A stretch of DNA of 64,000 nucleotides. It comes from Dimorphilus gyrociliatus. Lineage: Eukaryota > Animalia > Annelida. Under the pieces are notes generated by a model, which had not been told where the DNA came from, searched no databases, and saw only the letters and a program-made list of their open reading frames with translations. The DNA lies in the NCBI GenBank assembly GCA_904063045.1, contig CAJFCJ010000002.1, forward strand, positions 2,785,891 through 2,849,890, in the 5' to 3' direction. Below, in pieces: positions 26,401 to 39,900 of this stretch (its first letter is position 1; each line of letters starts with the position of its first letter). A program made the position numbers and the translations under genes.

Positions 26401-27126
26401 TGATTGACCAAACTCTATACATCTTAACTAGAAAAAACTAGATAAACGAATAAATTTTAAAGGTGAAAAGATGAAAAATATCTTCTCTACAATAATAGAA
26501 TGTAAGAAAAATTATATCCGATTATGACGTCATGCTATTCCTTTGTCTTTTAATCAACAACAGCGATGCGTAAGTTTGTATAGCTTTCGCAGGCGAACGC
26601 GTCTTTCGAGTAAACATTTGTATTCGATTTTCGTCTGGTCCGACTTGATTTATCTCGGTTGAAAAAGAAAAATTTAATGATGTATACGTAGGAATGTTAC
26701 TGGTTGTGACGTCATCGAAATGAAAATAATTGTTACTATGTATCTTTTAGACTAGAAAGGGGAGGCAATAAACTAATGTAGTGTTACCATATGATGCAAA
26801 AAAATTGAGATGTGAAAGCTCTAGTTCAAAAAAAAAAACTAAGAGAATAAAAGAGGAGGTGCTGAAGAAAGATATTAAGAGGAAAGAGAGAGGGTGAGGG
26901 ACTTATTAGTATGCAACGTAAAACATTGATGAATATGTATTAAGAACCTTACGAATATGCGTCTTCTATCGTTTTCCCAGAAGAATTAACTCGAAGTTTT
27001 ATTGATAAATCAAATTCTTGAAGCTCCTTACATGTCTTCTATTAAGTTTATCTAACAAGAAACGATTTTTCTCTTAGTCAAATAAAATATGTACCATTAA
27101 TTTTTATCCTTATACAAATATTTATA

Positions 27127-27171
<45 letters not shown>

Positions 27172-30100
27172 TGTATATATATTTTCTTATATCTTATCTT
27201 TCTCACAGAAGGCTCCGAGTAACGCTAAACCAGTAAAATGTGAAGCTTGCGAAATTACATTAAATTCCGAACGTCAGGCCAAACAACATTTTGAAGGCGT
27301 CAAACATTTGAAACAATTACAAAAGAAAAAAATGCCTTTACCGCCCGAACTGGAAGAGAAATTGAATAAATACAACGAAAAGAATTGTAAGTTTATTAAG
27401 ATTTTTTTCTTCCGTTTTCTCCTTTCCTCCTTTCTTTATTAATTAATGGCTGAGATATCATCTGCTTTCACTCTTTTCTCTTTTCTCTCCCATACTCGTT
27501 AAGACTTTGTTCATTTACTACACGAATAATCTATTCGTTGATTTGCGGTCTTAGATCTCTACGCCAGTTAAATATATTAAGAAAGAGATTAATGGATAGA
27601 TAAACTAGGTGAAGAATAAGGGAGGGAATGGGAGAAACAAATGATAGAAGAGGAAAAAAATGAAGAGGGGGAGGGGGTTAGAAACAAAGTAATAAGAAAG
27701 ATAGAGAAAAGGGGTAAGGAAGGGGGCAGAAAGAAATGAGGTAGCGAATGAGAAGCCAGTGTAATTAGACTGCGAATGTCAAGTTTATAAGCTGGTAGGG
27801 CAAAACGCGTTGGTCTACTGAAAAATTCTTTTGCACGAAAATGCCAGTTTGGGCAGTTCTACTCCGTCGAATTTGACCTTTAGCTAAGAGCGGTGAAAAG
27901 CTTAGGCCAGTATCGAACGATTAGGATAAGCTTTAAATAAAAAAAACGCTTCTCTTATCCCCTGGACGGTCCTACCGGTTTTATTTGGGATTCAGTAACC
28001 CAATTGGGACGATACATAGCTCAAGAGGTATCGAGGAAGATGGATTTTATAGCTCATAAACATCTTGAAGTCATTTTCCTATGAGTTTTACCGAATTTTT
28101 CCAACTACAGAGCTGCTACATTCATTTTCATTTATCATCTGTCAAGGATTAGTTTGCATCTTTCTCAGTTCTGTTACTTTTTTGATTAGTTATAAAATAA
28201 GACGAAATGAAAAAAAGAGAAACAGCGAATTTAAGTAAAAAAAACCACTTAATCTTCGTATCTTAAAGAGAAAAATAGAGCAAAAATAATTAAACAATTG
28301 ATTTTCTATCCTTCAGTTTATTAAAACTAATATTTTATTAAAAAAGGAAGAATAAGGTGACCTCACGAATAAATTTTTTATAGACAAGGCAAAAAAATAA
28401 ATCTCAGCAATATACTAAATGTACAGGAACTGTCTATATAGAAGTCTGTAAAAGTTTAATTAAACATGTTAGCGTTAATAGTTCACAATGGCTAGACAGA
28501 GTTTTATAAGAAAAACAGATATATTTCTTCTGTATGGATCAATTTGTTGCGTTTTTATATTGTAAATTTGCTTTTATTTATACATTTTAATTTAAATGAA
28601 TGTCAGTCATTCTTCTTTTTTGTTTTTCCTTTAGTTTACACTCTAGACTAACATTCTCTCTTTTGCTATATTCAGCCGAACAGTGACTTAGGTTACGTAA
28701 AAGCTGCATATGAATAATTATATGAATAAAAGTAATAGACTCGAATTTTTCGGCTTGATAGACTGTATATAAGTCTTAAATTTGATCAGTTGCCAAGGCT
28801 ATGATGTCAGTCATTCAAATGAACAATAGTTTTCATTAATAATTACGCATATAATCATAAGGATAAAATTTCACAAGCAAAAATAAAACGAAACACGAAA
28901 TTGTACAGTTCTATTGCTTTGTACGAAACTTAAAGGTTTTCCTTTCATTATTTCCATATTATACTGCAAAAGATAACGATCCATTATGCAGTCCACCAAA
29001 TGTTGCATATAGTACACATAGAGATGGAATGATCTTCTGAGAATTGCAATGACCTATATATGTAGTCGCAGAATATATACATTTTCCACAGTAGATATTT
29101 GTTTCTATTTCCCTTAATTTTTATTGACAATCTAATTATTTATATATAGAGAGTAAGCGCCGTAAAAAAGTATTAATAACCTAATTTATGATTTTTACCT
29201 GGTGTTTCTACTCCCCTCTCCTCCTCCCTCCTCTCATTCTTCCATCACTTCAATATTATATAGGCATAAGCTACATAATTCTATTATGCAAGTTTTAATT
29301 TTATCCATATAGTTAAATTACTAATATCACTTTAAAAAAGGTATAGTATTAATAATAATAATTGAAGAAACAAAAAATGATAAATAACAAACTTTTAATA
29401 GTTCAAGATTAAGAAGGTTTTCATTATCTTCTTCCCAATTCATTATTCATTAGTAAAGAACCCCAGTACTAAATCATGTATTCTCTTTCTATTTCTCTTC
29501 ATCTAACTTTATTCAAAGTAGAAATCTTTTCCTCTTTTTTAAAGGAAAGAAATATTTTTCATTTTTTGTTTACTTGCCAAAAAATACTGAGGGGGGAAGA
29601 AAGAAACTCTTTGCGAGGTGTCACTAGCCGTTTGCCCTGCCTATAAGACAAGACAAATCTGCTAAAAAAAATCTTTCTGGTTGTTTAGGCCAAGAAAAAA
29701 AATTTAAATAGCTCTTTTCAACTGAAGTAGTAGGCGAAGCAGCCTTCGATCATAATAGATTGAAAGAATGGACACAGTTGCTCTAAGCCCTTATAGTTTC
29801 TTTATTAAAACATTGTCGGTGTTTCTATAAGAGAAGAGATAAGGTTTTCACTCACTACTTTAAAGTTTTGAACTATAGATGGCGTATACTGTGCGAGTGT
29901 TACTATTAATTAAGATACTTCATTCAATATTACTTAATTTCGTACAGTAAATTATCATCACACGACTTGTCTAAAATGTTTCATCACCAACATAAATTCT
30001 TGTTTTATTACATAACATCTGTTTTCTTTTTTTTTCAAATTTCTCAGCCAAACGCCGGCGGCAAGAATCCAGACATAAAGGAAAGCCTATGGAAGAAGAA

Positions 30101-31599
30101 GAGGGAATCAAGGACAGAAAGCGAGAGGAAAAGCTTCTCTCAAAAGATGAAAATGAGAATAGCGTATCGGAAGTAGCAGAAACGAATAAAGAGATTGAGG
30201 AAGAGGAGGAAAAAGCCGTCGATAAAGGACGCCTAATTACTTGCATCGATGGTTCATTTGACACTGAAAATTGTAACGAACTCCGAACGAAAGATAATAA
30301 TTGCAAACTTCGCCTTTCTAATAACACTGCTGGGAACTTCTATAGCGCTCTAGAACAGGTTAGATGACTTTTTGAATAAATAAATACAGAAAAGAAAAAA
30401 CCTTTACCCTTCTTCTTTAGTTTTTTTTAAACTCTGATTGTTTTTCAGATTGCTGCCAAGAGAATCAGATTAGATTACGAAATAGGTAAGCCAAGTCTTG
30501 GCGATTCCTAATGGTTGTACTAATTCGGTCCGGCAGACGGCGCACTTTATTTTTTTTTGAAAGTATCCTGCAGATGGCATAAAGTACTATTAAGAAGAAC
30601 CTTTCAGATAACCTTAACTGTTCAATAAACTGATTAGGATACTCGGTTAGAAGGGCTTAGAATAATATTCAAAAAAAGACATTTTTTGTGTCTAATTATT
30701 GAAGCAATTAACACTAATAACGAATCTAATCTTTAATAAGTAATCATACAATCAAGAGAGATAATTTAAACCAAATTTTTCCTTACAATTTTTGATTTGT
30801 TCTAGGTAATATATAGACAGTATATATATAAATTATATATATATATATATATACTATATAGTTGCTTTATCGATAACCTATTTCACATTTTTTAAAATTA
30901 TTCATAGAAAAAAAAATCCAGAAAAGTGTTTGACAGAAACTCTGCCCACTCCAATTACATGCATATAAATTAGACCTAATTAATTTTTTTTGGGTATGTC
31001 ATGTGTTGTTTTTATTCTTTTATATATATATATATACTGTATATATGCACTATATATTATATAAGATATATAAAGAGGAATTAAAACAAACTGTACAAAA
31101 CCTAAAAAATAATAATAAAATGTAGGCTGAAGTTTCGAACATATAGGAATTTGTAAAAAAAAAAAAAAACAGAACTATACATATATATATATATTTAATT
31201 AACTTTCTAACAATTTACAACTTTTGGGGGAATCTATGCTAAATCTGTGGAGTAAAGGAATAAAAAAAACCATATATAAAACAACATTTAAAGACAAATC
31301 TTTGTATATATGGTTTTAATTAATTAATCGCGTTATTAATTAATTACAATTTCTTTATTTATTCATTAATTAATTATTATTTCTTTGAATGTTTCCTATA
31401 ATTTAATTTATTTATTTATAGTTTCTTTTTTATTTTAAATTTAATTCATTCTACAAAAAGAAACGACAATTACGTCTTTGTATACAAATGTATTACTATG
31501 TGTATTACTATATTTATAAATTGATATCTATTCTTTAATTTTTCTTTTCTAGGTGCTACAGAATTATCAGAACAAGCATTGAACGAAGCTATAGAATAA
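23490..31599 (+). CDS. Matrin/U1-type C2H2 zinc-finger protein (ZNF385/ZMAT-like), about 234 aa
   Basis: Exons 27209-27386 (CEACEITLNSERQAKQHFEGVKH, which fits the C-x2-C-x4-NS-x2-Q-x3-H-x2-G-x2-H matrin-type finger), 30048-30358, 30449-30485 and 31553-31599 are phase-consistent with strong splice sites. The proposed first exon 23490-23621 (MSVVYWKIVNGTLVPIAAGSPLTPL...) fits phase but is less certain. Confidence 0.72.
27129..27170. repeat. (TA)21 microsatellite just upstream of the zinc-finger exon acceptor; other long (TA)n tracts near 19238, 20725, 47690, 48997, 50456
   Basis: Read directly. Confidence 0.92.
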
Positions 31600-32569
31600 T
31601 AATATAAAACTTAAACGGAGAGAAAACTTTTATCTCGCAAATATTTCTATTCTTTTTCTATTATTATTAAAAAGGAAAGAAAGAATCGAATTGTAAATAT
31701 AAACATTTTCATAAATAAAAATTTGATCGGTACAAGCCTTCTTGTCTGTCTAAAAATATATATATATATATAAACAGTATATAACATATATGTTTGTGGT
31801 TTTTTTTTCTATTCAGGCCTAATATTTCGCTTCTGAAACAGGCGTATTTGCGTAATAATTTTGTTATTGTATAATTTCTACCGCCTGTAATTTTTTACTA
31901 GGATTATATCCGGATATTCTACTGTAAAAAAAAACCAGCATGAATAACAAAAGGTATTAAAATTTGCGACATTTGCAGATGTTTGTAGGGAAATCTTTAA
32001 GAAATAAATCTTTTATACAAATAGTAAGAGAAGTTTCATAGTTGAAATATCTTTTTAAAAGTTTCAATTTCAACAATTTGTTGTTAAATTTTTTCTTTCT
32101 TCTCGTGAAATTAGTTTTCGTTAGTATAGGAGTATTTTTAATTAAAGTATAACAAAAAATGATGAAACGTATTTAGAACTTCTATTTTAATTACTTTCAC
32201 TTTCTTTATACAGTATCTAAAAGTAATAAAGTATATCAGGAATGAATACGATACATATAAAGACTGTTTTAATTAAATATGACTTTCATCTACCTATTGA
32301 TATTCGAGAGCTTGAGTAATAGTGTGTAGTCGTATTTATTATCTTTTGTTTTCAACGATTGATAGAGTTTATAAGACAAAGAGCTTTGCAGGAGTTTCTT
32401 AAATATATTTAAGAGAGGGAGGAATGACAAGTCTAATAAATAAAGTTTAGTTTACACTTGATTTAGCCTAAGCAAAGAGGCCAAACTTCGAATCCTTGAA
32501 AAAATTGTAATCTTATTTAAAAACCAATATTATGAAAGGAATCTCTTTCTTATTTTTTACAGCTTTTCA

Positions 32570-32641
32570 TTTATCTATCTATCTATCTGTCTGTCTATTT
32601 TATTTTCTATTTATCTCTGCGTCGCTCTGTCTATCTATCTG

Positions 32642-32703
<62 letters not shown>

Positions 32704-32707
32704 TCTC
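32570..32707. repeat. Compound (CTAT)n/(CT)n microsatellite
   Basis: Read directly; source of the spurious LSLSLS ORF 32532-32825. Confidence 0.9.
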
Positions 32708-33289
32708 TTCCCTTTTTTTTCCTTTTCTTTCTTTTCATTCTTTACCAAGAATAAGAAATCTCATAAAGATTCCCTTTAAACTTTTTCTCTTATATATAAC
32801 TAATCGAATTCGGCTGAAATTGTAAACTTTCTTAGACTTTAGAGATGGCGATAAAATCTTTTAAATGAAAGGAGAGGAAGAGTAAATTTTTTAGTGCCAT
32901 TTAATTCTTTTTTGTTAAACGCGAAAGCCTGTAAGATGAAGAGAGTAAGAGAGAAGGGGGCAAGAAGAAAAAGAAGAAAGCGGTACTTTCAAAAAGAAAT
33001 AATAATAAAAAAGAATGGAGAGGCTATAAGGTGGAGGAATGACTTTTTTGTCCATCCCTTTTGCACTCTTCAGGGAAGAAAGGCAGACAAAGATTGTCTC
33101 TTCTAACTATTTATTCAAGTCATTAGCTTGTGAGAATTCTCTTTAAATAACCTATTTTTAGTATTCTCATTGTAGATATAGGTGTCGCTGTTGTTTATTA
33201 TTTCTAAATAGCTTTTTTCTAAAAACGGTTTAAGTGTTTCCTTAGTGAAAAAAATTCGTATATGGTGTGGTGATATTATGTAAAAGTAT

Positions 33290-33467
33290 TCGTTAGATGG
33301 CGTTGCTAACTAATAAAAGAAGGGCGGAGAGATGAATCAATGATCGTATTCCCGGGAAAGCGGCCGTCACGAACAGTGAAATTTCTAACTAGGAGTTCTA
33401 ATAGCTCGATTTAACGATTATTCCTTCGAAAACTTTTTATTGAACGGACCGGAAATCGACTTTTCAG
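33290..33467 (+). promoter_or_regulatory. Probable promoter / 5' UTR exon of the FAM110-like gene
   Basis: Locally GC-rich patch with CTCF-like TAGATGGCG (33294-33302), a GC box GGGCGG (about 33321) and an ETS core CCGGAA (about 33449), ending at a CAG|GTTTGA donor (33468). Confidence 0.4.
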
Positions 33468-33705
33468 GTTTGAAAATAATTATGAAGAAAATTATCCAAT
33501 ATTAAGGTCATAGTGAATGTATCATAAGGGCGATAATATAATGTAAAATTTCTTTTATCTCTTTTTAAAAGCCATCTAAGAGGACAAAGGAAAAAATGTA
33601 CTCTATTCTTTTTTTTTTCATTACAAATGTAGGTTTTAGATGAAAAATGACGCATCTTATTTATTGCTAAATTGGTTTATTCATAGATGCCAAGTCGGTT
33701 GTCCG

Positions 33706-36700
33706 ATGAACGCCAGTGACGATGAACGAAACGGCGCAGCTAGTTTGAAACCAAAACCGACTATTAGGTGAGTGACCTTTAAATGCTTCTATGTATTTAT
33801 TATTTGACGTCTGAAATAAGGGGATTAGTGAGCGAACGAGGGAGAAAGAATGTTTAACGGCATGGAAACAGTTTTACGGTCCTCCTTCATCTAGGACAAT
33901 TATTATACATTTTTCATTATTTCGAAATAGGTGATGACTAAGAGCATAGGGGAACATTCTTTACGATGATTTTAGTACTCATCGACAGTCTCATCATGCT
34001 GGTTTTCGTAGGGGAAGCTGTAAGACTTAACAAACGTGTTGTACATACGAAAAGAGGCCAAGTAATAAATCTACATAAAAAAGAGAAAAAGGTGTAATAT
34101 ATCTATAGTATAATCCTCTACCAATAATGATTTTGTTACCAACTGAAATCTCTCATTTTGCTTTCAATCTTTCTTTCATTCTATCATTCATAGCCATTTA
34201 TCTAGAGAGGGGTGAAAGGAAGAGACAATAACAAATGAGAACAAACCAAAGATACGCATTGTATTCATCTTCTAAACAACACTAAAAAGCGTAACTTTTT
34301 AGACTAGTACATTGCTCGATATCTTCGTTGGTGTAAATTTCTATACTTGTATGATATAACAAAAAATACTATCAAATTCCCTTGACCTGTTTGTATGTGC
34401 ACAGAGACAGAAAAATGCAATTAGTTTTATTTTTTTTTCAACCTGTTATTTTTTATTTTTTTAATACAGTCCAATAGAAATCTCAAAGGATTATAGTAGT
34501 TTAGAGGATCTAGACTATATGCTAATATGTTTACACAGTGAAGTATATGTTACATTTGGTATTTTTTCAATTTTTACAAACTAGCTTAGCTATGGTTTAT
34601 TCTATCATAATAAAACAAAACTGTCATGAAGCTAACATACACTTACTTTTATACATACATGTATACACAACAAAACAACACACACTAATGAGGATCATCA
34701 ATTAACTTTCTATTTTTCCCTTTGATTCTCTTTGAAATGAATATTTATTCATAAAAGTTATTAGAGGATAAAATACAAAAATATTCTTGACACGTGACAG
34801 TCATATAGTTAGTAATATCCTATCACGTTCAGAGAAGCAGTCTTATTAGACAGAAAAACTTGTTAAGCCCTTTCTCATTGATTTGCATTCCTCTTAACCA
34901 AATGGTAATAAGGATTGGGGAATTAAGCATCTTTGTGTATTAATTACATGGTGGAAATGTTTTTATAAATATATTGCTAAAGTTTTGACGAGTATATTTC
35001 CCCAACAAGAGATATTCGCATCCGATAGAGAAAACAAACTCAATTTGTTACGATTTTACAGGATTCTCTCGTTTTGTTTACTTTTGATGCTGTCACTCTT
35101 CCCTATTTAGAAGAGAATTATTAGTCAAATAGTAATCGTAATTCTATTCAAGTTTCGTTGCCCTGCTACGGGTCATGGTGTTAGCCTTAATTAACTTTAT
35201 CAACCTCAAAAAGACTATATTTAGTAGCACGAAACTAGTTAAGGAGGAAAGAGGTTAGTAAGCCCGAAGTCTAAAATGGGTCACGTGATACGTGCAAAAA
35301 AAAGAACTTACGCCTTTTCGCGAACATCTGTGAGTTATGTAGTGATGGAAGAGAAACGAGAAAGCATTAAACACTTTATGTTTATTTCTATAACAAATGT
35401 TAGCCGACCCTAAACTGTTTAAAAATACAGTTTTAATTATACCATAATAAAATGTAAGTTATAGACCTGCTATAAGAAATGTTTTATATTGTTTATCTAC
35501 ATTATATTTATGTGTAAAATAAAAATAACTTGTCCACCTCGATAACAAATAAAAATTGCGTGCCAACTCTCATTAGGCGATATATTCTCTGTTTATGCTG
35601 CATTGGAGGAGAGGAGAGAAATCAAATACAGATAAGAATCAACGTTAGGTCGTTGAAGGACGATAGGCCTAAAGAAATTATAGAAACTGGATAGTTCTTT
35701 GAAAACTTTCTAGGAAAAATTTCGGTTATTACAAGTCTATTTTTGGATTCTTTCCTGTTACGGATAGATATAAAAAAATTGGAAGCATTAGTAGAACTCT
35801 TACATGTGTATTAGTCTATAAATAAACACAGAACGTGGTCAGAAGACGATATTTAAAAGATATAATCCTCCCCTTCACACGTTTATGCTTAATATTTAAT
35901 ATAATGATTTGCTCTTTTATTTCAAAGTTTTATGAGTGATTTTGCTCTTTCTACAAAAGTATTTCTCTTTTAAGACCAGTTGATAGTCCTATACATTTCA
36001 GTTTATATCTAAAGAAATACGAAATTTATTTTTACGCTCGTATCACTAGACAACACTTTACTTGTCCCCCGTGGATAATTTTTTTTTTGCAAGGGGCAAG
36101 TAAGAGGAAGAAGAACGAGGGTGAGAGAGAGAGAGAGAGAGTGAGAGAGAGTAAGAGAGATCGAATGGATGGGTGGAAAAGAGGAGGGGGGCGAAGTAGT
36201 CAGATTTATCGTTTACAGTATGTTTGTTTGCCAAAAAAAAAGAAAAAATGCGAATTTTATTCTTTAACTGACTACTGCTCTTATCCGTAAACTATCCTAG
36301 TTTAGGACCACACGCATACAAGCTTGAAAGGTTTCAGTGTTTCCACTATTCTATAATTAAATACGTATTAAATTATTAATTATAGTTGGTCTGTTTCTCT
36401 TAATAACAAAATTTCCGATTTAGCTTGTAAGATATATGCTATTTTCAAAGTATATAGGCCTTATCTTAAAATCATAAATTCTTATAATTACTTTTTACTT
36501 CAGATGCACGGGTTGCGCTAGCGCGACGGATTTACGTCAAATAGGCCGTACCCAACCGGCAGAAAAAAGAGAATCACAGGACGATACAGTGGTGAGGAGA
36601 CGACCTACAAAACTGAATACATCATCGAATATTAGGTATTCAATGAATATTAGCGAAAACGCCCGGCTTGATTTTTTTGTCGAGAAAAATGTATTAGAGC

Positions 36701-36954
36701 AGGTGGCTGATGGACTGCCATCAGCCTCTACCTGCTCCCTATTGGAAACTATATCCCTATTGGATTCACCCGCCGTACAAAATAGCAACTGCAGTGACTG
36801 TGGTCAAAGTGCACCAAGCGATACACCCGCTATTGCTCCATCGACGCCGGCTAAAACCGTTGAAGAAAAAGAAATGGCTCGTAGATGTTCGGTTCAGGAG
36901 AGGAATGAACGAGTTTTAAAATGGCTGGACGGCATGGAAGAATCACAAAGCTGA
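33706..36954 (+). CDS. FAM110: FAM110-family C-terminal-domain protein, about 170 aa
   Basis: Exons 33687-33767 (ATG at 33706; donor AG|GTGAGT) and 36504-36954. The C-terminus CSVQERNERVLKWLDG resembles the FAM110 motif VSVVERNARVIKWLYG, and the upstream LDFF resembles LERFF. Family assignment is from recalled motifs; the start codon is uncertain. Confidence 0.65.
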
Positions 36955-39900
36955 TGGTTTTTTTTGTACCCTTTCTTCTTCCTGCAACTCTATCGACTGT
37001 ATAATCTGAAAAAATTAATATTTAAAAAAACAAAAGCCTATGTATCAACTAATAAAAAATTACGTAATACATTTATAAAGTAAATAAAATAAATTCCCGG
37101 ATAAAAATCAGAAGAGCAATACTTTTCGTAACGAAAAGTATATTGCGTAATTTTCATATTTTACATGGAAAAATTTTTTAAAGCATTTAGAATAAATAAT
37201 TAAAAAAATTTGAATTATTTATGTTCGTTCAATATGATTAGCGTCCCTATCCATCTGAGCCAAAGAGTTGCATAAATTAAAATCGATTTCTATATTAGTA
37301 TATACTGTATATATATATATGTATATATATATAGACAGTATATACATGTATATAAGTGTTTTTACTTAATCCAGGTAGTCTCTTATTTTTCGCTTTGAAG
37401 AAAATTGAGATATAAATACTAAATCACGTGACAAAAAAGTGAATTAAAACGGCATAAACTCACGTTAAGTACGTATTTAAAAAAAGGTTGTATTATACAT
37501 GGATGAAATATTTAATATAGTTAATGCAAATGTACTCTAATTTTACTCGCTTTGCTGAATAAGCAAAAAAAAAATTTCCCTCTTACTGTTTATGTTGAGG
37601 GCGTAGATCGTTAATCAATCCCTTTTCTCTAGTAATTATGGACGATTGTTGCTTTTTGCTCATTAAATTGCTTTAGCAATCTTAATTGGTCTGGTGCTTA
37701 AGGCTATTAAGGAGATTGCTTTCCTATCCTTAATAGTTCAATCCTGGAAATCCTGTAATTTTTAAGCGTATCTATTTCCATTATAAAAATATATAGATTA
37801 ACTAATCTATCTAAAAGAAAAATAAAAATAATAGGAGTACTTGTCTTTGCAAATATCAAAAGAGGAAAAAGGGACGATAAAGCAGAACGAAAACATTTAT
37901 ATCCTTTTTGCGAAATCTATAGTTTGCTAAGAAAGCAAACTAAAACAGTGATATTGTTAAAGTTTATCAAACTCTTTGTAGAATATATACAATATTTATT
38001 AATATATGACAAACGCAATGACCGTCAGAGAAAGAAAGCTGGTATGACACAACTTAATTTTGTTTATATAAATCAGAGACATATGTTACGTTCTCCCGTT
38101 ATTAATATACGTTTGTCGACCTTGTTTGTCATATTAATTTTTCTCTTCTTCTTTCAATCTCTCTATCTCTTTCGTTACGAGCGAAATGATATAAAATAAG
38201 AAGAGCTGTCTGCTAATTCTTATATGAAATTATATAGGAACAAAAAAGAAGAAATTAATTCTATATTTTTCCTTTTCTTTCCTTTTTTACGATCTAAAGT
38301 TTTATTAATAAGATATTTAAATGATAAATGAGTGTGAATGTACTACTATTTGTCTTTATACTACAATTGTTATAAATAGTACATTATATATTGCATATAA
38401 AGTTGTTATTACATATTCTTCATGCTTATAAAATATCTTTTTATGTAATATTTCTTGTGTTCTTTTGGTAAAAGTGATTTTTTTCTCTTCTACCAATCAA
38501 TTAGAAATAATCTGTTCTGTTCACAGAACAGACAAATTGCATCTGATAAACTACAGATAATCATTTCCTTCCTCTCTCCTAACATGAACGTATTATATGT
38601 TACATTCATTAGCAAAATTGGCCAAGAAAGGCGTAAGACTGGAGAGACCAGGCAATAAAATAACATGAAAAAACAAAAAATTCAGTAATTTCCCTTGTGC
38701 CAAAAGAGCAAGCTCCACCATTTAATACTACCAAACCAGTAAGGGGAACGAGGGAAAAACAGAGCGATGGAGCGGTTAAGGGAATACAGCCGATAAGGGA
38801 AAAAAGGGCTTTCCAAATAGTGTCAAAAGACAATAGAAACTAGACATTTATCAAATATTTAAATAGTTTAAAGGTAGTTTGCATATATTTGTTAGCTCTT
38901 GTCAATTATTTCAATTTATAATACTTTAAAAGAGGAATTAGAAAAAGACCTACATATAGCCTTGTCTCCAGTTTATTTGTTCTAGCTGTTAGGTGCAGAC
39001 AAACAATACGAATAGGCCTTCATTCACCAAGAGAGCAAAGCAGAAAGAGAGAGAGAGAAAGAGTATGAGGATGCTGAGAAAAAAGGTTGTAAATTAGAGA
39101 ATACCAAAAACGAAAACAGCCAAACTAGATAACTATATGACAACTGTCAATTTTCTTTAATAATTTGACGTCTATATCAAAGTTTAAGAAGATTACAGCA
39201 ACTATTTATCTTTTCCTACATTTATTCATAAAGATAGAATTAGCCTCTTTTCTTTTTCCCTCACTATGCTTCTGGCTTTCCCTCTAACTCTTCGTATCTT
39301 TTACACATACAAATATATATAGCAAGTAAAAATACATATACGCACTTCTATAGTATATTGTACATATACATTATGTATGTACACCGTATACATATATATA
39401 TATATATATTTCCTTACTCTTTATTTTAGCATAATCTACTAGAGTAGTAATTACAATAGTAGGCGTAAACAAATATATATATATATATATAAGTCTAATA
39501 TATGGACAATACAATTAAGCTACCTTTAACGATCAACGTTTTTTTATACAAAAGAGAAAAAGTATAAGGTAAACGTTAAAACTGAAGCCTATAAATTCTA
39601 CTTAAATGGAAAGATAGAAAAGAAGAATAAAAGGAAACAATATAAAAATGAGGGGAGGAAGGAGAGAGAGAGAAGAGGATGTGAGGGAGGGAGGGGGAGG
39701 GGAGCGAAAGGGGAAATGGTAGAAGCAAGGGGGAAAATAATAAAGTAGCACTGTGACAAATACGAAAAACATAAATCTAGACGTATTATTCATTCTGAAC
39801 AGTCTAAATAGTAATTCGTTTCTTTCTTTTTTCTATTATGAGCTTTTTTTATGCTTATATTTTGTCAATTTAAGTCTTTATAGGAAAAAAAGAAGGACGT

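Noticed and set aside
29971-30327. 118-aa minus ORF
   Set aside because: Antisense shadow of the Glu/Lys-rich zinc-finger gene exon 30048-30358.
32480-32500. CTTCGAATCC resembling a tRNA B box
   Set aside because: No A box or cloverleaf can be built around it.
38676-38833. Stop-free GC-richer stretch open on both strands (ISLVPKEQAPPFN... on plus)
   Set aside because: No phase-compatible upstream exon, no PDZ or other homology recognised.
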